64,000 nucleotides of DNA, from positions 287,741 through 351,740 of the forward strand of contig OY970070.1 of assembly GCA_963705355.1 (NCBI GenBank). The letters run 5' to 3'. Shown here in pieces: positions 17,979 through 27,019 of the stretch. A model generated the notes under the pieces. That model was not told the origin of the DNA. It ran no database searches and was given only the letters and a program-made list of their open reading frames with translations. Made by a program: the position numbers and the translations under genes. This DNA is from an uncultured Thermoplasmata archaeon. Lineage in GTDB: Archaea > Thermoplasmatota > Thermoplasmata > UBA10834. The first letter of the stretch is position 1. Each line of letters begins with the position of its first letter.

Positions 17979-19313
17979 TTATACCTTGTGCGAAGCATGC
18001 AGATTGGTTCTCCCTCGCTCGTTCCACCACGGAATTGCTTCTCCGACCAGATACAACGAACCTATCACGCAGAGCCCTCGGCCGCGAGTGTCTTTGGCAG
18101 AGTGATCGAATGCATCCTCGGAACTCTCAAATAGCTCTCGAGGTCCTGAGAACTCTTCGCCAACAATGCTGTCGAGTTTCTTTGCGGGCAGTGCCCTCTT
18201 GCACTTTGCCTGGGTCGAAACTATCTTCTCAGCTGCGGGTATCAGCGCCTTGACTATTCCTCGAGAGTCTTTGTCATCCATACAGCCAAGAACAAATGTG
18301 AGTGGAGTCACCTTAAGACTCTCCAGGACACCGACGGTCGTTGAGACTCCGTCCGGATTGTGGCTTCCATCGAACAGAATCAGTGGATTCCTTGAAACAA
18401 CGTCGAGTCGACCAGGCCACCGAGCTGCCATCAGCCCTCTCCTAATGTCTTCGTCGGTGATGAACACATCTCGTTTTGCCAGCTCCTCGACAATGGCGAT
18501 TGCGCCTGCCGCGTTTTCGGCCTGGTATCCACCCAGCAGATGAGTGTTCAGATTCCTGAGGTTCCTGTCCCCTGAATAGTCGAACTTGGTTCCATTAAGA
18601 GACTGTCGGATCGCGGTCACTTCGAAATCCTTTCCGATCCGCTTCAAAGGGGCGCCCTTCCTCTCGCAGGTGCTGGTGATTACAGCTAGAGCCTCTGGTT
18701 TCCGTTCGCACGTTACTACACTCATACCTTGCTTTACGATTCCCGCCTTCTCTCGAGCGATGTCCTGGATCGTGGTGCCCAAATAGTTCGTATGCTCCAG
18801 GCCGATCCTTGAAATGGCTGAGACCACGGGGCTGAGGACGTTGGTTGCGTCGAGCCTCCCGCCCATGCCGACTTCCGCAACGACCATGTCGACCCCCATC
18901 TCGGCGAAGTACTTGAACGCAAGGCCAGTGGTGAACTCGAAAAACGTGAGCTGTTTTTCCTTGTTCTCCTCCGCCATGGCTTCCATTACCTGGCGAAGGT
19001 TCGTCCCCAGCCTCACGACATCCTCCTCGGAGATCTCTCGTCCGTTTATCCTGATCCGTTCTCTGAAATCGACCAGATGCGGAGAAGTGTACAGCCCAAC
19101 ACGGAGTCCATGCTTTCTCAGGATTTCAGAGGCAAGCACGCAGATTGACCCCTTTCCATTGGTGCCCGCCACATGGATGGATCTGAGGTCGTGGTGCGGA
19201 TTGCCAATCCTTTCTAGGAACTCGGTGATGTTCTCAAGACCGAGCTTAATTCCAAACCGCTCAAGAGAGAACATCCACTCCTTGAACTCATTGTACCGCA
19301 TCGTTGGGGACAA
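17979..19313 (-). CDS. folC: Folylpolyglutamate synthase / dihydrofolate synthase (Mur-ligase family)
   Basis: P-loop HVAGTNGKGS, Mur-ligase middle domain, and a C-terminus typical of FolC. Confidence 0.75.
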   Translation of the reverse strand: MSPTMRYNEFKEWMFSLERFGIKLGLENITEFLERIGNPHHDLRSIHVAGTNGKGSICVLASEILRKHGLRVGLYTSPHLVDFRERIRINGREISEEDVVRLGTNLRQVMEAMAEENKEKQLTFFEFTTGLAFKYFAEMGVDMVVAEVGMGGRLDATNVLSPVVSAISRIGLEHTNYLGTTIQDIAREKAGIVKQGMSVVTCERKPEALAVITSTCERKGAPLKRIGKDFEVTAIRQSLNGTKFDYSGDRNLRNLNTHLLGGYQAENAAGAIAIVEELAKRDVFITDEDIRRGLMAARWPGRLDVVSRNPLILFDGSHNPDGVSTTVGVLESLKVTPLTFVLGCMDDKDSRGIVKALIPAAEKIVSTQAKCKRALPAKKLDSIVGEEFSGPRELFESSEDAFDHSAKDTRGRGLCVIGSLYLVGEAIPWWNERGRTNLHASHKV

Positions 19314-19355
19314 CTTCTCCCATCTTTTAAGGGCTTTGGAGGTCGTGTGCCGCCT

Positions 19356-20135
19356 CTATTCGCCCTCAGCGTTCATCCTCGCCGTCCAGTGGGAAAGGTT
19401 CAATCCCTGCTCCTTCGCCAGCCTTTCCATTGCTCTCAGCACTCCTGAGCTGTACTGGGCGGCCTTCTTGGGCCGATTGCGGGATGGAAGGCCCAGGATT
19501 TCGGCTACCTCTCTGAGGATGATCTTCCGACCGGCAGAACTGACTTTCTTTTCCAGCGGCGTGTCCACAGCTGCAGAAATGACCGTGGCGGTGGCGTATG
19601 GAAATCCAATGGTCTTGCCGAGTGCAGTGGCTTCTGACGCCAGCAGTCGGGCTTCACAGAGCATCTTCGTCAAGTCGGCCGCCATGGTCTCGGCAGGGTT
19701 TCCAACGCGAGAATACTTCGCGTAACCGCCGAACAGCTCATCTGCTCCGCTCCCAGCTAGAACGATTTTCTCTGCGGATCTCTGAAGAACGCAGAGGATC
19801 GGGATCGTGTAGGCGATTTTCACCGGATCGCTCGTATTGAGGATTCTTGATGCCCTTCGCGCAAGAGACTCCACATTCTCCGCCTTCAATTCTATCAAGC
19901 TCAGCTTCCTTCCTTCTTCATCGGCACACTGCCGCGCGTTGAGCGCGTCAAAGGATCCTTCTGTGGCACACGTGTAGCACATTACGCTCGTTTTCTCGCT
20001 GGCAAGTGCTGCAAGTATTGAGCTATCAAGGCCTCCAGAATAGGCGACAGCTGCCCTGCTCTCTTCAGCGATGAGGTCAGATACGGCGGCTCTCAACCTT
20101 GTGAGGAGAAGGTTCGAATTCATGATTGACACCAA
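19356..20135 (-). CDS. Asparagine-synthase-C-terminal-domain-like PP-loop ATP pyrophosphatase
   Basis: SGGLDSS PP-loop and the AsnB-type SGADELFGGY motif in a ~259 aa stand-alone protein. Confidence 0.55.
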   Translation of the reverse strand: MVSIMNSNLLLTRLRAAVSDLIAEESRAAVAYSGGLDSSILAALASEKTSVMCYTCATEGSFDALNARQCADEEGRKLSLIELKAENVESLARRASRILNTSDPVKIAYTIPILCVLQRSAEKIVLAGSGADELFGGYAKYSRVGNPAETMAADLTKMLCEARLLASEATALGKTIGFPYATATVISAAVDTPLEKKVSSAGRKIILREVAEILGLPSRNRPKKAAQYSSGVLRAMERLAKEQGLNLSHWTARMNAEGE

Positions 20136-20296
20136 GAGCCTCGCTCAACGACAAAAACCCATCGTCTTGGCGGGTCTGCGCATAGGCGACATTCTGGTCG
20201 TCTCAGGGCAGCCAGATGATGACCAAAGGCTTAAAAGGCATCGAGGTCATCTACCTGCAATCCCAGGTTTCGAACCCCCAAACGGAGGGCTCATTG

Positions 20297-20830
20297 ATGG
20301 CTGAAGACGACCTGATGAAAGTCAAAGTATGCTTTATCGGAGATGCAGGCGTTGGCAAGACGAGCCTGATCAAGAGATTTGTACTGGACGTGTTCGACGA
20401 CCGGTACATCGCAACGATTGGAACGAAGGTCACCAAGAAGATCGTCGACGTCGACGGCCAGGCGAAGGTCATGATGCTTGTCTGGGACATAATGGGCCAG
20501 AAAGGCTTCAGAGAGCTCCTGCGCGAGGCATATTTCTTCGGCGCCCACGGCGCCATTGCAGTCTGCGACCTCACGAACAAGGAGACACTCGAAGAGCTGA
20601 GATACTGGATCAAGGCCCTGACTGATGTTGCGGGCGATGTCCCTATCGTGTTCGCCGGCAACAAGGTCGATCTCGAGAACGACAGGGTCATCAAGGAGCA
20701 GGACCTGCAGGAGCTGGCTTCGAAGTACAAGGGGAAGTCATTCTTGACGAGCGCGAAGACAGGTCAGAACGTTGAGGCCGCGTTCAAGACCCTCGCTGAG
20801 GCGATGTCCGAAAGAATGAAGAGCCAATAA
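20297..20830 (+). CDS. Ras-superfamily small GTPase, Rab/Ras-like (~178 aa)
   Basis: G1 GDAGVGKT, switch-I T (YIATIGT), G3 WDIMGQ, G4 GNKVD, G5 TSAK, and Rab-like YFFGAHGAI. Start chosen at ATG 20297, 7 nt after a GGAGGG RBS; the track start 20216 is a likely over-extension. Confidence 0.8.
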   Translation: MAEDDLMKVKVCFIGDAGVGKTSLIKRFVLDVFDDRYIATIGTKVTKKIVDVDGQAKVMMLVWDIMGQKGFRELLREAYFFGAHGAIAVCDLTNKETLEELRYWIKALTDVAGDVPIVFAGNKVDLENDRVIKEQDLQELASKYKGKSFLTSAKTGQNVEAAFKTLAEAMSERMKSQ

Positions 20831-20891
20831 TGGGCTAGTTTTCATTCCCAGTATTGATAACGACTTGAGAACACTTATAAGCCCAGCACAG

Positions 20892-20901
20892 TCTATAAAA
20901 T
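20892..20901 (+). promoter_or_regulatory. TATA-like box (TCTATAAAAT) upstream of the giant surface-protein gene
   Basis: AT-rich decamer in the 150-bp intergenic region between the GTPase gene and the surface-protein gene. Confidence 0.3.
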
Positions 20902-20982
20902 CGCACGAGAGGCGAGGCTAAATTGGCTGTGCGTTTGGGCAAACGCCTTATAGTGGTAAGTCAAACACAGTCCTTCGGACAC

Positions 20983-23900
20983 ATGAGGATACTCGCTACC
21001 TTCTTCGCCCTTTTCCTTGTCGCATCGCCTTTTCTTCCCTTGGCCAACCATAGCGTTCGCGACGCGGAGGCTGCTTCCCTTTCTTCTTGGACTAGAGTGT
21101 TCTATCTTCATGAGGGCGTAGCGTACGTCCCTTGGGGAACCTATGACTGGTTGAACTCATCGGGCCCCGCGAACCCTTCTCGAACTGACTACGACGGTGA
21201 CGGCGTCGAGGGCATCACCCTCAGACATCCGGGACTATGGCAAACATGGCATGGCTGGATCTTGTATCCGAGAGTTGGTTCTGACGTTTCCGTGTCAGGC
21301 GATATGGGGGTGAATGTCTGGGCGAGAAGCATCGATAACTCGCCGGGAATTGTCATGCGGGCGCGATTCTTTGACATCACAGCAGGTCAATGGTCGGACC
21401 CACGTAATGGAATTGAATTGGGCAATGCGACGCTTCCGCTCGCGGGTCCGGACTACTCTGTGTACCAGCTCTATTCTTTCACGATTGCTAGCGTATCATA
21501 CGTTCTCCCATCTGGTCACTATCTTGCGCTGGTCATCGAGCGACGGGACAATGATAACAGTCGACTCGTGATCTACTTTGACAAAACAGACTATGCCTCT
21601 TACATCACTCTCAACACAACGACTTTCGTGAACGTGGATTCCGCCCGGACCGTGGATTCGTACGGTTCTCCGCGGGGAACCTTCTCAGATCAGGAGAGCG
21701 CCGTTGTTGAGGCGAACGTGTCAGATCCGTTTGGAGCATATGACATAGTGGCAGCCTATGTTCAGGTTTTGAACGAGAGCGGTGTTGTCAACGCGACTAC
21801 TTCGATGAATCTCGTCCAAACAGATCCTTCCCAGCCTGGCTACTGGAAAAGTTACAGCCTGGCACTGTCACTCTTGCCTGAGGGCAGCTACACAGTGAAT
21901 GTCACCGCTAGTGATCCTCAGGGCACGCCCACATGGATGAATCTGTCTCTCACGATTGTGTCGGTCGATCACTTCCTTGTGTCGGCCCCTTCAGCAATCG
22001 TTGCCGGCTCACTCTTCTCGATGACGGTCTCGGCTCTGGATTCCTCCAACTCCATCATAACGAATTGGGTTGGCCAGGTTCAGCTGGCTGCATACGAACC
22101 GGATCTGGTGACGCCGGGGGTGAGGCTGTTGGCTCGGACACTTCTGGTCTTCACGCCGGGTGACGGAGGTCAGGTGACTATATCGGATCAGAACTACACT
22201 TTCGGCGAGGACACGATTCGCATCAAGGCTTCGTCTGGAGTCCACGTTGGCTGGAGCGGGCTCATAGCTGTTTCCAGCGGGCCGGTCATCCGCATCCTCA
22301 TCTCTCCGCCGGGTCCTGAGACCGTCGCTTCAGGAACCTCAAGGGCCTTCACTGCTACGGGCCTTGATGTTCTTGGAAACATCAACACGACTTGGTCTCC
22401 GAATTGGACCGTGCCGTCCAGCATCGGCACGATTTCGGGAGCCGGCCTCTCAGTGACCTTCACAGCTTCGTTGGTTGGCTCGGGTAATCTGAGGTGCAAG
22501 AACGATTTGACAGACGCGAACAGGACCGCTCTTATTAATGTTGTTGTGGGAGAGTTGGCAAGGATTGTCATCTCTGCTCCGTCTGATCCTCTCCTGATTG
22601 GAGAGAACGAGACTCAAGCCCTTACTGCGACTGGCTACGATGTCAATGCAAATCTGGTGGATATCACTGGCGCTATTTGGCGTACCAACACTTCCGGGGC
22701 TGTCAATGGCAGTGGGCCGTCCGGAGTCTATCGGGCGGGATTCATCCCTGAGGTTGGTGTCATCAGCGTCAGAGTCGGCGGCATCGTTGGGGTGCTTAGT
22801 GTTGTCGTTGTTAGCGGTATCCATGGACCCTGGCTCAGCACGATACCGGAGCAGATTCAGAACGAGGACGGAGGGACATGGGAGCTTAGCCTTACTGGGT
22901 ATTGGCATGACGACGAGGGGACCGAGTCCCTCAGATGGTCGGTCGAGGACGTCAATATGTCGCTCTATATCGTCACACATGATCCGAATTCGAATGCCGT
23001 GCTGAGGCTGACCACCCAACCGAATCAGAACGGGGAGGACGCGCTCCGGCTTTGGGTTGTGGACAGTGGAGGCTATTGGACATATCAGTGGGTGACCGTC
23101 AAGATACTCCCGGTAAATGATGCGCCTCAATTCGTCAACAATCCTCCGACGCGACTCAGTGTGAGATTCGACGACCCCTACGTATTCGACTACACGTACT
23201 ATGTCTGGGACGTTGACAATGCGAAGTCGGAATTGGGGATGAGCGCATCCTTGCCCAGCTCCAGCGGCGGCAGCATCGAATTCGATGGACTCATTGCCAC
23301 CTTCCTGTTCCCTTCGGACCCAAGCCGTGGCTCGACCTACTTCGAGATTGTCACTCTTTCAGTGATAGATCCCGCCGACGCTTCTTCTCAATTGAAGTTA
23401 GCCGTATATGTCACTTGGGACTACCCTCCTCGCTTGAACACCAGCCTGCCCAACCAAACGCTGTATGAGGGGGACGTCCTTCACTATTGTTTTAACCTCG
23501 ACTCATATTTCTATGATGTTGAGGGCTCGTACCTATATTACTCCTACGGCTTCCAGCATCTCCAGGTCTACATAGCCTGGAACCACTCGGTCTACATGAA
23601 CGCGACGGAGGAGTGGTCTGGCACGACCGACGGCGCGTTCACTGCCACAGACCCTGAAGGTGCTCTGAAGACCGACATGATCACAGTCACCGTGATCGCA
23701 GTCAATGATGCGCCGATTGTGAGAAGTCCAGGATCTATTCTAGTGAAATACAACGTCACATACTACCTCTACCTGAGCCAGTATGTGTTCGACCCGGACA
23801 ACTCAATTGATTCCTTGACATTCACGTTCAACGACACGCACGTGAAGGAGACATCGACCTTCATGGGCAGCTACCGACTCGAGATACTGTTTCCGGGAAG

Positions 23901-25149
23901 CATCCTCCCTGATTCCGATATCTTCCTTGGCCCATACCTTGTCTATGTTCACATGGAGGTTACTGATCCTGGTGGTCTGATGACCCCCTGCAATTTCACG
24001 GTCTTTGTGACGGACGACGCTCCGCCGACTGTGATTGCCCCGAATCCGGACGCGACTTACTACGCATTCCCTGAGAACTCATATCTGAACAACTCGCTGA
24101 GGATGTACGATTTGTTCTGGGATCCCGACGATTCGATGCTCAATTTCACAATCGTGGGGAACAGATTCGTTCACCTCCAAATCTACTCAAACGGTGTCGT
24201 CAATCTGACTTCAGATGTGAATTGGTCGGGAACGGAGGTCCTCACAATCACGGCAAAGGATTCACATCTCGGCTGGGCATCGTTCCGCGCGTACGTGACG
24301 GTCACGCCAGTCAATCAGGCTCCTTGGATCTATCCAATCCCCGACATGATCGTCAAGACGGGGCATATTGATGCGCCATTCTACATCCTCGACTACATTT
24401 ACGATAGCGACGATGCTCCGGAGAACCTGACGATTACTGCATCTCCTGCTGAGAGCGTGGCTGTCGTCGGAGGGTTCCTCTACGTCACGCTCCCGCACGG
24501 AGTTGATGTCATAACGGTCACCATTCAGGCGAGCGACGGCAAATTGCAGTCCAATGTCAGAATCTTCAAGGTTGGTGTGGAGAAGACGATGGCTGAGAGA
24601 ATCGGCTGGCCCTATACGTTCCCGCTTGTGTTGCTGGCGGCAGGCGTCGCGGGCTACTTCCTGGCGAGCCGGATCCCGCGGCCGTACGCGCTTGAGAACA
24701 TCTTCCTCATTCACAACGATGGCAGGCTCATTGCACATGTCACCAAAGAGGAGAACACTAATCTGGACAAGGATGTGGTGAGCGCCATGTTCACGGCAGT
24801 CCAAGAGTTCGTCCGGGACTCCTTCCAGAAAGGTGAGGTGGGACTCAAGAAGCTTGAGATCGGTGACAAGAGAGTCATCATCGAGAAGGGGCAGTGGGCT
24901 TACGCCGCGTTGATATACTCTGGTTGGCCGGCGAAGGAGACCTTCGAGAACCTCCCCATGCTATTGAGGGACATCGAGGAACGCTACAAGGGCAGGCTGG
25001 AGAGGTGGAACGGCACCATGAAGACCGTCGTGGGGGTCGACAAGATGCTCCAAGAGTTCATGGCGGATACCTACAGGCCGGGAACGTGGCACGAAGAGGA
25101 GGAGATCGGTGAGGAGCGGTGGGTCGACATCCTCGAGAAGGAGGCCTAG
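20983..25149 (+). CDS. Giant (~1390 aa) secreted/membrane-anchored surface protein: signal peptide, N-terminal DxDxDG-containing domain, cadherin-like repeats, one C-terminal TM helix, cytoplasmic Roadblock/LC7-like domain
   Basis: Signal peptide MRILATFFALFLVASPFLPLA. Many N-x-S/T sequons. Repeated cadherin-type linkers (VNDAPQF, AVNDAPIV, PVNQAPWI) with DxD/DxNxD motifs. TM helix WPYTFPLVLLAAGVAGYFLA, then IFLIHNDGRLIAH...DVVSAMFTAVQEF...GLKKLEIGDKRVIIEKGQWAYAALIYSG, which matches the Roadblock/LC7 pattern. The track start 20923 is a TTG; ATG 20983 gives a cleaner signal peptide. Confidence 0.7.
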   Translation: MRILATFFALFLVASPFLPLANHSVRDAEAASLSSWTRVFYLHEGVAYVPWGTYDWLNSSGPANPSRTDYDGDGVEGITLRHPGLWQTWHGWILYPRVGSDVSVSGDMGVNVWARSIDNSPGIVMRARFFDITAGQWSDPRNGIELGNATLPLAGPDYSVYQLYSFTIASVSYVLPSGHYLALVIERRDNDNSRLVIYFDKTDYASYITLNTTTFVNVDSARTVDSYGSPRGTFSDQESAVVEANVSDPFGAYDIVAAYVQVLNESGVVNATTSMNLVQTDPSQPGYWKSYSLALSLLPEGSYTVNVTASDPQGTPTWMNLSLTIVSVDHFLVSAPSAIVAGSLFSMTVSALDSSNSIITNWVGQVQLAAYEPDLVTPGVRLLARTLLVFTPGDGGQVTISDQNYTFGEDTIRIKASSGVHVGWSGLIAVSSGPVIRILISPPGPETVASGTSRAFTATGLDVLGNINTTWSPNWTVPSSIGTISGAGLSVTFTASLVGSGNLRCKNDLTDANRTALINVVVGELARIVISAPSDPLLIGENETQALTATGYDVNANLVDITGAIWRTNTSGAVNGSGPSGVYRAGFIPEVGVISVRVGGIVGVLSVVVVSGIHGPWLSTIPEQIQNEDGGTWELSLTGYWHDDEGTESLRWSVEDVNMSLYIVTHDPNSNAVLRLTTQPNQNGEDALRLWVVDSGGYWTYQWVTVKILPVNDAPQFVNNPPTRLSVRFDDPYVFDYTYYVWDVDNAKSELGMSASLPSSSGGSIEFDGLIATFLFPSDPSRGSTYFEIVTLSVIDPADASSQLKLAVYVTWDYPPRLNTSLPNQTLYEGDVLHYCFNLDSYFYDVEGSYLYYSYGFQHLQVYIAWNHSVYMNATEEWSGTTDGAFTATDPEGALKTDMITVTVIAVNDAPIVRSPGSILVKYNVTYYLYLSQYVFDPDNSIDSLTFTFNDTHVKETSTFMGSYRLEILFPGSILPDSDIFLGPYLVYVHMEVTDPGGLMTPCNFTVFVTDDAPPTVIAPNPDATYYAFPENSYLNNSLRMYDLFWDPDDSMLNFTIVGNRFVHLQIYSNGVVNLTSDVNWSGTEVLTITAKDSHLGWASFRAYVTVTPVNQAPWIYPIPDMIVKTGHIDAPFYILDYIYDSDDAPENLTITASPAESVAVVGGFLYVTLPHGVDVITVTIQASDGKLQSNVRIFKVGVEKTMAERIGWPYTFPLVLLAAGVAGYFLASRIPRPYALENIFLIHNDGRLIAHVTKEENTNLDKDVVSAMFTAVQEFVRDSFQKGEVGLKKLEIGDKRVIIEKGQWAYAALIYSGWPAKETFENLPMLLRDIEERYKGRLERWNGTMKTVVGVDKMLQEFMADTYRPGTWHEEEEIGEERWVDILEKEA

Positions 25150-26843
25150 TAGCTATCCTCGGCGAGCTTCCGCATCGCGTACTCGTGAAGCGTCTCTCTC
25201 TGTGGTCCGAGATCGGTGTCGAACTGCTCCTTCATCTTCTGGGCAACTGCTCTCCTCATGAACCTGAGCGGTAGACAGCCGCTGTATAGCAGCCAGTCAT
25301 GGAACAGCTTCAACGAGAACTTGTTCCCAAGTGCTTTTCTGACGTCCTCTCTAAGCTGCATGATCGAGAGCTTTCCGAGGAAATAGGATGAGTAGTAGGT
25401 CGGCGACATCGCGCACGAACGCGCTTCAATCCAAGATGCCTTCTTGTCCATCCCACACTCGTCGATAAACAGCTGAGCACCCTCATCTATGGTGAAGTCT
25501 CCTTTCGCAAGCCGCACCTCGACAATCATCCGCGCTATCCTGAACATGAGATCGTTCAGATACGTGAACCTGCCGAGAGGATTATCATTGAATCCCGATG
25601 AGATCATGAGTTCCTCAGAGTACAGTCCCCAGCCCTCGCCGAAGTCCGGGGACGCGATAAGGATTCTGATGGTGGAAGGGTTCGTGTTGGAACAAATGCC
25701 TTGGAGGTGGTGACCGGGATAAGCTTCGTGAACAGTTGTGTTTTCAATCTCGGCGTAACTGTGTTCCCGTAGCAGCTCAGATTGGTCCTCATCGGGCGTC
25801 ACAAGGAACATGCCCGTCCGAGATTCATCGAATTTGCCCGGTTCGAACTGAGCAGCGAAAGGCGTCATAGGCCGCATGAACATGGGCGTTTCGAGGACCA
25901 ACAGCTTCTCGTTCTCAGGAATCGTCACAAGGTCCTTCTGTTCCACGAAATCCCGGGCTCTTTTGACAGCTTCTCTGTACGCCTTCAATGCGGCCTCAAA
26001 CGTCTCTGGATGTCTGGATTTCATCGATTCCATTGCCTCTGCCGGATTGCCTGAGGGAACGATGCTTTTGGCTACCTCAGCCATTTGCTTCCTCACAAGC
26101 TCTAGGTATCTTTCCCCAATCTCAAGTGCTTCCTCAGCAGTCACTCCCCAATCCTTCATCTTGAGATATTGCTCGTACTCATCGATGTCGATGGCGAAAT
26201 TCGGGCTGGCCTTCGGAATCACCTTTTCCCGGAGCCATTTGTTATGATCCTCGACAGTGCGAATCGCGGCATTCGCGACCTTTGCCAATCGCTCCTTCTT
26301 ATGTAGGTCGCATGATTTCCTCTCCGCCAGTTTCTCGATGTCTCTGATCAATCCCGGAATCTCAAGTCCTGCTTCCAGAGCTGCTTGGTTCCAAATCCTA
26401 GACGGAGACCTGAGGGCCTTGCGCGACTCTGCAAGAAACGCTGGCACTTCGTCCAGTCTGCTTATAATCGATTCTAGTCTTTCGTCGAAGGACGGGTGGT
26501 CTCTCATGAACAGGAAGAACAGAGAGTAGCCGACCTCGCTGCATGCCAACGATTCCCTCTCAAAGAGCTTCAGGTCTGCGATCTCAAAAAGCTTCAACTT
26601 CAGTATGTAGGCCGCAAGATCGACGTCCAGACGGTCGTCTGGAGAAAGCTTCTCAGATGAGACGACGTTCAGCAGCTGGAGTAGTTCCTCAATTCTTCTG
26701 CAAATGCGTGTTCTTGACGACTCGCTAGCGTCCCTGAGGACCTGATCATACTTGTGCCAGCCGACTTGAGTCGCATAGGACGGATCCCAGCTCAGGAATT
26801 CGTCCATCAAGGACTCCGCCAGTTCCACGTAGGATGTGCCCAT
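25146..26843 (-). CDS. DUF885-family protein (putative metallopeptidase-like)
   Basis: Family-typical HEAYPGHHLQ motif in a ~565 aa protein. The family is mostly bacterial. Confidence 0.6.
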   Translation of the reverse strand: MGTSYVELAESLMDEFLSWDPSYATQVGWHKYDQVLRDASESSRTRICRRIEELLQLLNVVSSEKLSPDDRLDVDLAAYILKLKLFEIADLKLFERESLACSEVGYSLFFLFMRDHPSFDERLESIISRLDEVPAFLAESRKALRSPSRIWNQAALEAGLEIPGLIRDIEKLAERKSCDLHKKERLAKVANAAIRTVEDHNKWLREKVIPKASPNFAIDIDEYEQYLKMKDWGVTAEEALEIGERYLELVRKQMAEVAKSIVPSGNPAEAMESMKSRHPETFEAALKAYREAVKRARDFVEQKDLVTIPENEKLLVLETPMFMRPMTPFAAQFEPGKFDESRTGMFLVTPDEDQSELLREHSYAEIENTTVHEAYPGHHLQGICSNTNPSTIRILIASPDFGEGWGLYSEELMISSGFNDNPLGRFTYLNDLMFRIARMIVEVRLAKGDFTIDEGAQLFIDECGMDKKASWIEARSCAMSPTYYSSYFLGKLSIMQLREDVRKALGNKFSLKLFHDWLLYSGCLPLRFMRRAVAQKMKEQFDTDLGPQRETLHEYAMRKLAEDSY

Positions 26844-27019
26844 GGATTGTCTGGCGTGATACCAACTGTACGACTTAAACCTTTATCATTTTGGGGCTTC
26901 TCATTCAGCCAGTCCCTGGGGATACCGATTTCGGAGGACTGAGGTCGCTTTTTGAAGCCGTTTGGTCCCCATCTCTCTCCTCATATACCCATCGCAAAGC
27001 ATTAAACTGTGCGCAATTC

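Noticed and set aside
17827-18030. ORF 17827-18030(-) overlapping the tRNA-Gly gene
   Set aside because: It overlaps a confidently folded tRNA and has no coding features. Spurious.
20250-20290. tRNA-like GGTTTCGAACCCCC near the GTPase gene start
   Set aside because: No cloverleaf could be built on either strand (no acceptor or anticodon stem pairing). Likely a chance match within the GTPase 5' region.
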